The position numbers and the translations under genes were made by a program. From positions 1 to 64,000 of the forward strand of contig CAVSQW010000011.1 of assembly GCA_963730185.1 (NCBI GenBank): a DNA stretch of 64,000 nucleotides, written 5' to 3'. Shown here piece by piece: positions 19,345-28,659 of the stretch (position 1 is its first letter; each line of letters begins with the position of its first letter). Source of the DNA: an uncultured Gemmatimonadales bacterium. Its GTDB lineage: Bacteria > Gemmatimonadota > Gemmatimonadetes > Gemmatimonadales > GWC2-71-9. A model generated the notes under the pieces. That model was not told where the DNA came from and did not search any database. It was given only the letters and a program-made list of their open reading frames with translations.

Positions 19345-22300
19345 CAGTACTCCATCCGGAAGCCCACCCGCACGACGCGGGGTTCACCGCGCCGAGCGAG
19401 CAGGGTTCCGAAGCGAGGGTTCGCCACGAGAGGAAGGGTCACGTTGCCGGCGCCGTCGGTGACGACGGTGCCCGCCGGATCGATCAGCAGGGCCGCCCGG
19501 TCGATCACGCCGGTGGTCGTCCCCACCACGTTGAAGGCGTCCACCTGGAGGAGCAGCCGGCCCCCGGTGCTGGCGATGGGAAGGCCGATCGAGAGGTGCA
19601 GATCGAGGGCCTGCTGCATCTTCTCGCGGCAGCTGTTGCGGGGGGCGAACTGGTTGCCGAGCGCCGCGGTGCAGCCACCGGCCGCGAGCGCCTCGGACAG
19701 CCCCGGGATGGCGGTGCCGAGGAAGGCCGGATCGTTGCCGCCGGCGCCATCGGCGTTGACGTCGACCCCGGCCTGAAAGCCGGGGGTGAAGGGCAGCCCC
19801 GAGCGGATCCGATACCGGCCCGCCAGCGTGATCGGGGCCCGGCCTCGGGAGCGGAACAGCGCGGTGGCGGCGAGCCGGTGGGGCACGTCGAAATCGGAAG
19901 GTCCCTTGGTCCAGTCGGCCCCATCGAGGCCATTGGGAAAGGGCGACAGCTGATTGGCGGGATCGAGCGACCGGGCACCCACCAGGTTGTCGGTGGTCTT
20001 GGAGTAGGTATACGAGGCGATCAGCGAGAAGGCGTCGCTCATCCGACGCTCCACCGAGGCGGTCAACTCGTAGTAGTCGGAATACCCGGTGGGCGAGAGG
20101 CCGCTCACCAGGTCGAAGTCGCTGAATCGCCGGTTGGAGCCGGGAACCGCGGCGACGAAGCCGCCCGCCTGTTGCAGCCGACCGTACACCGGCCGTCCTT
20201 CCTGGGTGGTACCGACCGGATCGACGACCCGATTGAGGTCGGTCCGGGTGAGCAGGAAGTCGGTGTGGTGATAGGACCCGGCCACGTTGATGGTGAGCCC
20301 GCCCGCGGCAACCCGGGTGAGGGCGTATTCCGCCTTGAAGGTCCGGGGCGGACGCCAGGAGCTGTTGAGAATGGTGAGGGCCGGGCCGATGTCGGGCGCG
20401 AGCGCCTGATCCGGCAGGCCGGGCCAGGCCGGGAAGGTCCCGAGGCCTCGCCGCACGGTGACCCCGCCGTCATAGAGCATCGCCTCGCCAAAGGCCGCCG
20501 GATCGATGCCGCCGTAGTGGAGACCCAGGCCGCCCCGCATCACCCACTGGCCCTGATTGCGCACGTCCCAGACGAACCCGATCCGCGGCGCCACTCCCCC
20601 GGCATAGGTCTTGAGCGAGTCGTTTCGAACCCCGGTCGCGGCGCTCCAGCCCTGGGCCAGGCTGATCCTGTTCTTGGGCACCGGACTCACGTCGTACCGG
20701 AGCCCGGCAACCAGCACCACGTCGGGGGCGGCGTGCCAGCTGTCCTGCACGAACACCCCGATGTCGTTGGTCGCGAACCGCGCCGCGCCGCTGCCCACGG
20801 CCTGGTAGAAGGCGCCGTCGGCCTGGCCGAAACGGTCCAGGGTACCAAACTGGAAGATGCCGGCCGAGCCGTAGCGGTAGTCGTACTGATAGCTGGTGTT
20901 GGTAACGCTGGCGCCGATCTTGATCTGATGGGGCTCGAGGTTCAGCTGCAGGGCGTCGGACAGGTCGAGGGACCGGGCGTCGAGGAACGCCGGCAGGGCC
21001 GCGCTCCCCCCGAAGGCGATGCCTTCCGTGACCAGGGAGGTTTCCGGCAGAGGCGCGGCGGTCCAGGTGCGGCGACCGGTCGAGAGCCCGGCCCGCAGCT
21101 CGTTGGAAAAGGTCGCGCCGACGCTGGTGATCCCGAGCGCACCGGTGACGTCCCGGCCCTCGAGCGCGGAGCCCGTCGCCAGCGACAGGCCTTCGCCCAG
21201 CTGAGGGGTCCGCTCCTTCCAGGCCGCGAACCCGAAGTGGGCGTCGAGACGCTGGGTGGCGGAGAGCGCCCAATCGAGCTTGCCGAAGCCGCTGGCCCCC
21301 TTCCACGAGCGGACCGCCGTCGTCGTCTCCCGACCGAGGTTGGCAGCGAAACTGTCCTGGGCCACCGCGCTCAGGGTGGCGGCCAGCGGCACGGTCTGAC
21401 CCTGGTAGCCGGCCGTGTCGCGCTCCCAGGGAAAGCCGGTGGGGGTGAGCCGGGACTCGTAGTCGACATGGAGGAGGAAGTGCGCCGTATCCTTCACGAT
21501 GGGGCCGCTCAGGGTGGCCCCCAGCTGAAACGACGTGGCGGCGCTGTCGAACGGATTGTCGAGGGCGCGTCCGCCCAGCTTGGCGCTGTTGCCCATCAGG
21601 TAGGGGGTGAACTCGAGTCGGTCGGTGCCCCGACGGGTCTGGACCGCGAAGATGGCGCCGTTGGCGCCCCGCCATTCGACGTCGAGCGGGGCCTCCACCA
21701 CCCGGATCTCGTCGACGGCCCCGCGGGGAAGCACGATCGACGACGCCGGCTCGGAGGCGAGGCCGGGATGCCGAAACACCGGGAGATAGACGCCATCGAC
21801 CATCACCCGGCTCATGGAAATCGGGAGCCCGTCGGCCGACAATCCGAAGCCGGACCGCCCGTCGGTGGGCCAGACGAGCTCGGTCACGCCCCGGAGGGCG
21901 TCACTCGCCGCCTGGAACCGGTCCAGCCGGTCGAGCTCGCCGTGGGATACCAGCCGGCCGCTGATGGTCCCGACCTGGGCGGCCGACGCGGGCACCTCCT
22001 GGACGGCCGCGATGGGCGGCGGCCGGCGCTCGATCGACACCGTGAGGACGGTGGTGGCGCCGGCGCTGACCCGCAGCCCGACCACCCGGACGGGTTGATA
22101 GCCGAGGAGCTCGACCAGCAAGCGGTACTCACCGGCGGGGAGGAGGCCGAGCTGGAAATCTCCGCCGAAGCCGCTCTCCAAGTGCGCGATCGTGGCTCCG
22201 CTTCGGGTCTCCAGGGTCACGCTGGCGCCCCGGAGCGTGGTCCCGTCGGCGGTTTGCACGGTGCCTCGGAGCGCCCCGGAGGTCAGGCTCTGGGCCCCGG

Positions 22301-22376
22301 CGGGCACGGCGATCGTCACGGCAAGGAGGACGGCCGCGACCCACCCGGCCCACCCATCCTTATGAGGAGTACGCAT
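19344..22376 (-). CDS. TonB-dependent receptor, Oar-like, with N-terminal carboxypeptidase-regulatory-like domain
   Basis: GALRGTV..ADG..L.GA.V, GPIVKDTAHF, VQDSW, GLRYD, APRIGFVWD, DVPHR; C-terminal GFRMEY beta signal; AAAGGA SD. Confidence 0.92.
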   Translation of the reverse strand: MRTPHKDGWAGWVAAVLLAVTIAVPAGAQSLTSGALRGTVQTADGTTLRGASVTLETRSGATIAHLESGFGGDFQLGLLPAGEYRLLVELLGYQPVRVVGLRVSAGATTVLTVSIERRPPPIAAVQEVPASAAQVGTISGRLVSHGELDRLDRFQAASDALRGVTELVWPTDGRSGFGLSADGLPISMSRVMVDGVYLPVFRHPGLASEPASSIVLPRGAVDEIRVVEAPLDVEWRGANGAIFAVQTRRGTDRLEFTPYLMGNSAKLGGRALDNPFDSAATSFQLGATLSGPIVKDTAHFLLHVDYESRLTPTGFPWERDTAGYQGQTVPLAATLSAVAQDSFAANLGRETTTAVRSWKGASGFGKLDWALSATQRLDAHFGFAAWKERTPQLGEGLSLATGSALEGRDVTGALGITSVGATFSNELRAGLSTGRRTWTAAPLPETSLVTEGIAFGGSAALPAFLDARSLDLSDALQLNLEPHQIKIGASVTNTSYQYDYRYGSAGIFQFGTLDRFGQADGAFYQAVGSGAARFATNDIGVFVQDSWHAAPDVVLVAGLRYDVSPVPKNRISLAQGWSAATGVRNDSLKTYAGGVAPRIGFVWDVRNQGQWVMRGGLGLHYGGIDPAAFGEAMLYDGGVTVRRGLGTFPAWPGLPDQALAPDIGPALTILNSSWRPPRTFKAEYALTRVAAGGLTINVAGSYHHTDFLLTRTDLNRVVDPVGTTQEGRPVYGRLQQAGGFVAAVPGSNRRFSDFDLVSGLSPTGYSDYYELTASVERRMSDAFSLIASYTYSKTTDNLVGARSLDPANQLSPFPNGLDGADWTKGPSDFDVPHRLAATALFRSRGRAPITLAGRYRIRSGLPFTPGFQAGVDVNADGAGGNDPAFLGTAIPGLSEALAAGGCTAALGNQFAPRNSCREKMQQALDLHLSIGLPIASTGGRLLLQVDAFNVVGTTTGVIDRAALLIDPAGTVVTDGAGNVTLPLVANPRFGTLLARRGEPRVVRVGFRMEY

Positions 22377-22440
22377 AGGATCCTTTGGAAAGGCGCTCGG
22401 AGCGGGCCTCTGAACGGCCCGGCGAAGCGATGGCCGTACT

Positions 22441-22455
22441 GCAGAATAAATGCCA
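22441..22455 (-). promoter_or_regulatory. Sigma-54 promoter for the TonB receptor operon
   Basis: Minus strand TGGCATTTATTCTGC (GG-N10-GC), 65 bp upstream of the ATG. Confidence 0.6.
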
Positions 22456-22772
22456 CACATCAAGCATCCTCTGGTGGACCGGGTGGGGACCCCGATGCCG
22501 CAATCTCCTCATGATCGATGCGACTTCGCAACGGTGTTGCGGCGACGCATTGAGGCTCGCCGTTGAGACTCAGGGGCTCGGTCGCCGGACGAGGCCGGCC
22601 ACCTCAAAGCAGCGACGGGGTCGATATGTCACATTGCCGCAACGCTCCGTTGTGGCGATAATCCCTTTGTGAACCTTCTTGCAGACCGAGTCACCTAGTA
22701 CTAGTACATTGCCCTGCAATGACTTATCGACTATGGCGTCGAATATCTTGGCGTTCAGGACTTTCATGAAAG

Positions 22773-22787
22773 CGGCACCAAGATTGC
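22773..22787 (+). promoter_or_regulatory. Sigma-54 promoter for the PEP-CTERM gene
   Basis: CGGCACCAAGATTGC, matching GGCAC-N5-TTGC, 58 bp upstream of the ATG. Confidence 0.7.
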
Positions 22788-22844
22788 CTGTTACGACGGC
22801 CGGGTCGCCGCATCCACCGACCGTCAACTCAGGATCCGTCAGCC

Positions 22845-23543
22845 ATGCGTCTCTCCAGAGCAGTCGCCCTGATCGCCTTGTTGGCGGCCACCGCCACGCC
22901 GGCCGCCGCGCAGGTCGGCACGTTCAAGTTCCTGGCGGGCAGCAGCACCAGCGCGTTCGGAGTGTCGGTCGGGACGTACAAGGCGCAACTCGATGGGAAA
23001 GCGATCGACATTTGGTGCGTCGACTTTCTCAATCACGTCTCAGTCGGCAACCAGTATCAAGTGAACATCACCAGCCTGGGCGGGTCACCGGATCTGTCAA
23101 AGACGAGGTTCGGCAGCCTGAACAGTCAGCCGGACATTTACCGTCAGGCCGCCTGGTTGTCGGCGCAATTCTATGCTCAGCCAACCGCCAACTGGGGCTT
23201 CATTCACGCGGCGATCTGGAGTCTTACCTCTCCCGGTTCACCGAATGTGACGGGCGCCTCGAACATCGCCGCCGTCAACTACTGGCTCGGGCAGGCAGCG
23301 GCCAACTATCAGAACTTCTACTACGACAACGTTTACGTCCTCTCGGACGTCGCGATCGAAGGGTGCGTCGTCGCGACCCCGACGGGTGGGCCCTGGAATG
23401 GCTGCGGCCACCAGGAGCACATCTACATCGACGGCCAGCTCACGGTGACGCCGGAGCCGGCTTCGCTGATGCTGATGGCGACGGGTCTCGTGGGTCTGGG
23501 TGGGGCCGGCTGGGTCCGTCGTCGCCGCAAGGTCGGGCGCTGA
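22845..23543 (+). CDS. PEP-CTERM protein with thioester-domain-like motifs
   Basis: Signal peptide; WCVD...HAAIW; C-terminal TPEPASLMLMATGLVGLGGAGWVRRRRK. Confidence 0.93.
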   Translation: MRLSRAVALIALLAATATPAAAQVGTFKFLAGSSTSAFGVSVGTYKAQLDGKAIDIWCVDFLNHVSVGNQYQVNITSLGGSPDLSKTRFGSLNSQPDIYRQAAWLSAQFYAQPTANWGFIHAAIWSLTSPGSPNVTGASNIAAVNYWLGQAAANYQNFYYDNVYVLSDVAIEGCVVATPTGGPWNGCGHQEHIYIDGQLTVTPEPASLMLMATGLVGLGGAGWVRRRRKVGR

Positions 23544-23571
23544 TCGCCAGCGGGCAGACCGCATCTATTCG

Positions 23572-23603
23572 GAGCGGGCGGGGTCACCGGACTCCGCCCG
23601 CTC
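23572..23603 (+). terminator. Stable hairpin after the PEP-CTERM gene (terminator/attenuator; weak U tract)
   Basis: GAGCGGGCGGGGTC-ACCG-GACTCCGCCCGCTC. Confidence 0.6.
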
Positions 23604-23634
23604 GTCGTCCCGCCGCTTCGCTCACAAAGGCCGC

Positions 23635-24141
23635 ATGACCCCCTCCTCCCCCGAGGCCCACCTGGGGCCGCTCAAGGGCGCCTTCTATTGCGTCGGCGCC
23701 CTGTTGATCCTGATTTCGCTAATGGACTACGCGGGCTCGGTCCTGCCAGCCCAGCTCGGCAACGTGGGATGGCGCTACGGAGCCGTCGGGCTGATCTCGA
23801 GCTTTGCCCTGACCCCGCTGCTGGGGGGGGTGATCCTCCTGGGCACGGCGGCACTGTCTCGCCAGCGCGCCGTGCTCCGGGCGGTGGGCCTGCTCCACCT
23901 GGTCGTCGCGGTCCTACTCCTGGTGGCGATCGGAAGCTTTGCGCTCGACGCGCTCCAGGTGCGCCGGGGTAGCCCGCCAGAGAGCCAGCGGGTAACCGAA
24001 ATCAGCGCCATCAAGGCCGGCGTCGAACTGGCCCTCACGGTGGTTGCGTCGGCCTGGCTGGGCCTCGCGGGCCTCCGGCTTTCGAGACCGCGAGGGCCGG
24101 CTCGTCCGGCGAAGGGCAACGTGGTCGTCGGGACGCCCTGA
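23635..24141 (+). CDS. 4-TM membrane protein, HpsJ-like (paralog 3)
   Basis: SLMDYAGSVLPAQLGNVGWRYGAVGLISSFALTPLLG and FALDALQVR; same D..P...W..G spacing as paralogs 1 and 2. Confidence 0.78.
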   Translation: MTPSSPEAHLGPLKGAFYCVGALLILISLMDYAGSVLPAQLGNVGWRYGAVGLISSFALTPLLGGVILLGTAALSRQRAVLRAVGLLHLVVAVLLLVAIGSFALDALQVRRGSPPESQRVTEISAIKAGVELALTVVASAWLGLAGLRLSRPRGPARPAKGNVVVGTP

Positions 24142-24248
24142 GCCCAATCGCTACCTCGGGTTCGGAGCCGGCCCTGGGCACGGCCAGGACCGGCAGGCCG
24201 ACTCGTCGGGCCGCCAAGGCCGCCCGCTCGCGTTAGAATTCCCCCAAC

Positions 24249-25514
24249 ATGCGCTCGCTTTCCTTCCGGAGCCGGATCTCTCTGGCGTTGCTCCTGCTCG
24301 GCGTCCCCTCCTCGGTGGCGGTGCTGGGGTGGGCCTATTCGGCGCTGACCACCAACCCGGCCAAGACGATCCAGGCCGCGATGGCGCCGGTCCGGGGGAC
24401 GGCCTTGGACCTTTTCTCATCGATCGACACCACGGTGCTCGCCCCACCGGCGCGCCGGGCGTTGGAGCGGCACCGGGCCGTGCTGGGCCAGCAGATCCGG
24501 CTGGCCCAGACCGCGGTGACCTACCGGCGGCTCCTGACCTATGGGACGGCGATCGCCTTGGGGGTGCTCGGGACCCTGCTCTTCGCGCTCTCGATCGGGT
24601 TGGGTCGGGTGCTCGCCTGGCAGCTCAGCCGGCCGATCGACGAGCTGATCGGCTGGACGGGACACATCCGACGGAACGAGCCCCTCCCCGACGAGGACGG
24701 CCGCGACACCGGCGCGCCGGAGTTCGCGGCGCTCAAGGTGGCCCTCCGGGACATGGCGACCGAGATCACCCAGGCCCGGCGGACCGAGCTGGAGTCGGAG
24801 CGGCTCAGGGCGTTTCGCGAGGTGGCGCGGCGGGTTGCCCACGAGATGAAGAACCCGCTCACTCCGATCCGTTTCGCGGTCTCCTCGCTGGGGCAGTCGG
24901 CGCAGCCGAGCCAGGAGGAGGCGCTCGACGTGCTGCGGGCGGAGTCGAGCCGGCTCGAGCAGCTGGCCCGGGAGTTCGCGAATCTGGGCCGCCTGCCGGA
25001 GGGACCGCCGGCCGAGGTGGACCTGGCGGAGCTGCTGGGGGAGCTGCTGCGGACGTCGCTGCCGCAGACCATCGACGGCCATCTGACGGTGACCCCCGAT
25101 GCCCCGCACGTCGAAGGCCATTACGATCCCCTGCGCCGCGCCTTCGGCAACCTGCTCCGGAACGCCAGCGAGGCGATGGCCGGGGAGGGACGGATCGAGG
25201 TGACGGTCCGGGCCTGGGACGGCGGCGTCCGGGTGGCGATCGCCGACGAGGGTCCTGGAATTCCGGAAGCGAAACGCGGCCAGGTGTTCGAGCCGTATTT
25301 CACTGAGAAGGCCGACGGCACCGGACTCGGCCTCGCGATCGTCAAGCAGGCGATCGACCTCCATCACGGCTCGATCGAGGTCGTCGAGACCCCAGGCGGG
25401 GGGGCCACCTTCGTGATCTGGCTTCCCCTGGTTCCGGACAATGCCCGCACGCGGCCCCCCGATCGACCGTTCGTCGAGCGGCGGGTCGCCGAGCGGCGGA
25501 GACACTGGCGATGA
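24249..25514 (+). CDS. Sensor histidine kinase (HAMP-HisKA-HATPase, NtrY-like)
   Basis: ARRVAHEMKNPLTP, NLLRNA, DEGPG and GTGLGL motifs; 2 TM segments. Confidence 0.95.
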   Translation: MRSLSFRSRISLALLLLGVPSSVAVLGWAYSALTTNPAKTIQAAMAPVRGTALDLFSSIDTTVLAPPARRALERHRAVLGQQIRLAQTAVTYRRLLTYGTAIALGVLGTLLFALSIGLGRVLAWQLSRPIDELIGWTGHIRRNEPLPDEDGRDTGAPEFAALKVALRDMATEITQARRTELESERLRAFREVARRVAHEMKNPLTPIRFAVSSLGQSAQPSQEEALDVLRAESSRLEQLAREFANLGRLPEGPPAEVDLAELLGELLRTSLPQTIDGHLTVTPDAPHVEGHYDPLRRAFGNLLRNASEAMAGEGRIEVTVRAWDGGVRVAIADEGPGIPEAKRGQVFEPYFTEKADGTGLGLAIVKQAIDLHHGSIEVVETPGGGATFVIWLPLVPDNARTRPPDRPFVERRVAERRRHWR

Positions 25515-26878
25515 ATCGGATTCTGATCGTAGACGACGAAGCGAACATCCGCCGGATGCTCGGCGCCCTGCTTCGGTCGGAGGGCTTCGAGGTCTCGGAG
25601 GCGGGGAGCGGCAACGCCGCCCTCCTGGCGATGGACGAGTCGCCGCCCGACGCGGTCCTGATCGACGTGATGATGCCGCCGGGGCCCGACGGGATCGCGA
25701 CGCTGGGGAAGATGCGGGAGCGCGACGCGTCGACGCCGGTCATCATGATGAGCGGCAAGGCCCATCTGGCCGACGCGGTCCGGGCGATCAAGCTGGGGGC
25801 GTTCCAGTTTCTCGAGAAGCCGTTGACCCCGGAGGCGGTGCTGGTGACCCTCCGCTCGGCACTCGAGCTGACCCGGGCGCAGGCGGAGAACCGGGCCCTC
25901 CGCTCGCAGCTGGGCAAGCCGAAGACGGAGCTGGTTGGCACCACGCCGGAGATCGAGCGGGTTCGAGACGCGATCGCCCAGGTGGCGCCGACCGAGGCCC
26001 GGGTCCTGATCTACGGCGAGTCGGGGACGGGCAAGGAGCTGGTCGCGAACGCCATCCACCAGGCCAGCGGGCGGTCCCACCGGCCGATCGTTTCGGTCAA
26101 CTGCGCGGCGATTCCCCGCGACCTGGTGGAGTCGGAGATGTTCGGCCACGAGCGGGGAGCCTTCACCGGGGCGACGGAGCGCCGGCTGGGGCGCTTCGAG
26201 CTGGCCGACACCGGCACTCTGTTCCTGGACGAGGTGGGCGACCTCAACCTCGAGGCCCAGGCCAAGCTGCTCAGGGTCCTCGAGAGCGGGGAGATCCAGC
26301 GACTGGGCGCGGAGCGGGTGCAGCGGGCCGACGTCCGGGTCGTCGCGGCCACCAACCAGCGGCTGGACCTGGCCGTGGGCGCCGGGACCTTCCGGGAGGA
26401 TCTCTACTTCCGGCTGAACGTCTTTCCGATCGAGGTGCCGCCGCTCCGCTCCCGGCTCCAGGACCTGCCGGCGCTGGTGAGCCACCTGGTCTCGCGGATC
26501 CGGCCCCAGCGGCCACCCCAGTTCACCGGCGAGGCGCTGGCGCTCCTCGGCTCGTACGACTGGCCCGGGAACGTCCGCGAGCTGGCCAACATCGTGGAGC
26601 GGCTCGCGATCATCGGCGGCCCGGAGATCGACGCCGCCCTGGTCCGGCGGGTGCTGCCTCGCTCCGCGCCCCGGGCCGACGGGCCGATTGGGACAACGAC
26701 GCCCAGTCTCGACGACCTGCAGGGGCGGTCGCTCTCCAACTTGCTGGACGACTTCGAGCGGAGCCTGGTCCGGGAGGCGCTGGGCCGGGCCGGCGGCAAC
26801 GTGGCCGAGGCCGCTCGAGCTCTCCAGACCGACCGGGCCAATCTCTACCGCCGGATGAAGCGGCTGGGCCTGTCGTGA
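25511..26878 (+). CDS. Sigma-54-dependent response regulator (NtrX/NtrC family)
   Basis: Receiver domain, [22 protein letters not shown] and a Fis-type HTH. Confidence 0.96.
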   Translation: MNRILIVDDEANIRRMLGALLRSEGFEVSEAGSGNAALLAMDESPPDAVLIDVMMPPGPDGIATLGKMRERDASTPVIMMSGKAHLADAVRAIKLGAFQFLEKPLTPEAVLVTLRSALELTRAQAENRALRSQLGKPKTELVGTTPEIERVRDAIAQVAPTEARVLIYGESGTGKELVANAIHQASGRSHRPIVSVNCAAIPRDLVESEMFGHERGAFTGATERRLGRFELADTGTLFLDEVGDLNLEAQAKLLRVLESGEIQRLGAERVQRADVRVVAATNQRLDLAVGAGTFREDLYFRLNVFPIEVPPLRSRLQDLPALVSHLVSRIRPQRPPQFTGEALALLGSYDWPGNVRELANIVERLAIIGGPEIDAALVRRVLPRSAPRADGPIGTTTPSLDDLQGRSLSNLLDDFERSLVREALGRAGGNVAEAARALQTDRANLYRRMKRLGLS

Positions 26879-28659
26879 GCGAGCCGATCCAACGCGCCGC
26901 CGGGCCACCCGGTCTCCGGGTCGGGTGGAGCACCCTGGTGCTGGCCGCCTTGGCACTGGCCGGGCTCGGCCGGCCGGCTCGGGCGCAGGATTCGCTGGTC
27001 GTGATCCGCCCGATCGTGACCGGGGCCGACACGATGGCGGCGGGCGCTCCGTCGCCGGAGGTGGTGCGGCGGGTCATCCGGGCGTTCAACGACAGCCTGG
27101 CCAGCCGCTTCGTCGGGAGCTTCCTGCTGCCGGCCGGGTCGCGACACATCGGCCAGATGGCCGTGTATCGAGGCAACCTCCGGGTGTACGGCCGGATCGA
27201 CGGCGACGTGACGGTGATCAACGGCGACCTGATCGTCGCCTCGGGCGGCCTGGTCTCGGGGGACGTGCTGGTGGTGGGTGGCCGGATCGAGGTCCGGCCC
27301 GGAGGGATCATCGTCGGGCGCCGGGAGGAGCACGAAGGGCTGGCGCCGGTGGTGCGGGGGGTGAACGGGCTCCTCGCGGAACGCGAAGCCCGCAAGCCGC
27401 TCGGTGAGCTGGCCGCGGCGCGGACCACCTTCCAGGCCGCCGGGATCAAGACCACGCTGAACCTGGAGACGGGCAAGACCTACAACCGGGTCGAGGGCCT
27501 GCCGATCGTCTTTGGCCCCACGTTCACCACCCAGGCCACGGTGGACGCCAAGGTCGACGTGCGGGGCATCTTCCGGCCGGCCACCGACCGGACCAAGCTC
27601 CGGGACGACATCGGCTTTGTGGTGTCGACCGAGTTCTCCGGGGGCGGCCGGGCCCGCTGGCTGACCTTCGGCGGGCGCGGCTATCGCCAGATCGTGCCGA
27701 TCGAGGACCAGCCGTTGGCCCGGGGTGAGGCGGGATGGTCGGCGTTCCTGCTGCAGCGCGACTACCGCGACCACTACGAAGCTCGGGGGATCGAGGGCTT
27801 CGCCTCGGCTCGACCGGCCAAGGGTGTCGCACTCGGCTTCTCGTTCCGGGGTGACCTGGAGCGATCGGTCCCGGCCAGCGACCCGATCTCGATCTTCCGG
27901 AACAGCGACACCTGGCGCCCCAACCCGCTGATCGACGACGGGCACTACCGAACGGCCCGGTTCACCCTGGACCTCGACTCGCGGAACGACCAGCGGCGGC
28001 CGGCGGCCGGGTGGCTGATCCACGCCCAGCTGGAGCACTCGACCAGCAGCGACGCCTCGCCGGTGGCACTGCCGCCGGAGGTCCGGTCGCCGCTGCCGCC
28101 GGGCGGGTTGGCCTTCTCGAAGCTCTGGTTCGACGCCCGGCGTTACGCCCGGTTCAATCCGACCAGCCTGGCGAGTCTTCGGGTCGTGGGCGGTGGCTGG
28201 ATCGGCGGCGACCCGCTGCCGGTCCAACGCCGGGTGTCTCTGGGCGGCCCCGACATTCTGCCGGGCTTCGGGTTCCGAGACCTGAACTGCGGCCCGGCCG
28301 GCTTCGTGGATCAGGCCCGCGCCTCACTGTGCGACCGGATGCTGGCGGTGCAACTGGAGGTGCGGACCAACTTCCCCGTCAAGCTCCCGTTCCGCCTGGT
28401 CCCGCCCGACGTGGCGGTGCTCCAGCAGGTGCTGGGCATCGAACAGGCGGAGCTGGTGATCTTCGGCGACGCCGGGAAGGCCTGGCTCACCGGCGCCGGG
28501 CCGGGCCGGGTTCCCAACAACCGGATCCCGGTGTTGGGGGAGTGGGACGCCGACGCCGGGTTCGGGATCGACACCGGCGGGCTCGGCCTCTACGTGGCCA
28601 AGGCACTCACGGCCGACCAGCCGATCCGGTTCATCATCCGGCTGCAGCAGCGATTCTGA
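26875..28659 (+). CDS. Omp85/BamA-TamA-like outer-membrane protein with an N-terminal bactofilin-like repeat
   Basis: GTG overlaps the regulator stop; signal peptide; IDGDVTVINGDL...VSGDVLVVGG; YNRVEGL; LGGPDILPGF; ends RLQQRF. Confidence 0.8.
   Translation: MSEPIQRAAGPPGLRVGWSTLVLAALALAGLGRPARAQDSLVVIRPIVTGADTMAAGAPSPEVVRRVIRAFNDSLASRFVGSFLLPAGSRHIGQMAVYRGNLRVYGRIDGDVTVINGDLIVASGGLVSGDVLVVGGRIEVRPGGIIVGRREEHEGLAPVVRGVNGLLAEREARKPLGELAAARTTFQAAGIKTTLNLETGKTYNRVEGLPIVFGPTFTTQATVDAKVDVRGIFRPATDRTKLRDDIGFVVSTEFSGGGRARWLTFGGRGYRQIVPIEDQPLARGEAGWSAFLLQRDYRDHYEARGIEGFASARPAKGVALGFSFRGDLERSVPASDPISIFRNSDTWRPNPLIDDGHYRTARFTLDLDSRNDQRRPAAGWLIHAQLEHSTSSDASPVALPPEVRSPLPPGGLAFSKLWFDARRYARFNPTSLASLRVVGGGWIGGDPLPVQRRVSLGGPDILPGFGFRDLNCGPAGFVDQARASLCDRMLAVQLEVRTNFPVKLPFRLVPPDVAVLQQVLGIEQAELVIFGDAGKAWLTGAGPGRVPNNRIPVLGEWDADAGFGIDTGGLGLYVAKALTADQPIRFIIRLQQRF

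Noticed and set aside
19083..22514. 1143-aa plus-strand ORF
   Set aside because: Antisense shadow of the TonB receptor.
24249..26878. PrsK/PrsR assignment
   Set aside because: The kinase is short with 2 TM segments and an NtrY-type H-box, lacking the multi-TM/GAF region expected of PrsK.
25441..28659. 1072-aa ORF as a single protein
   Set aside because: The first ~480 codons overlap the response regulator out of frame; the real start is GTG26875.
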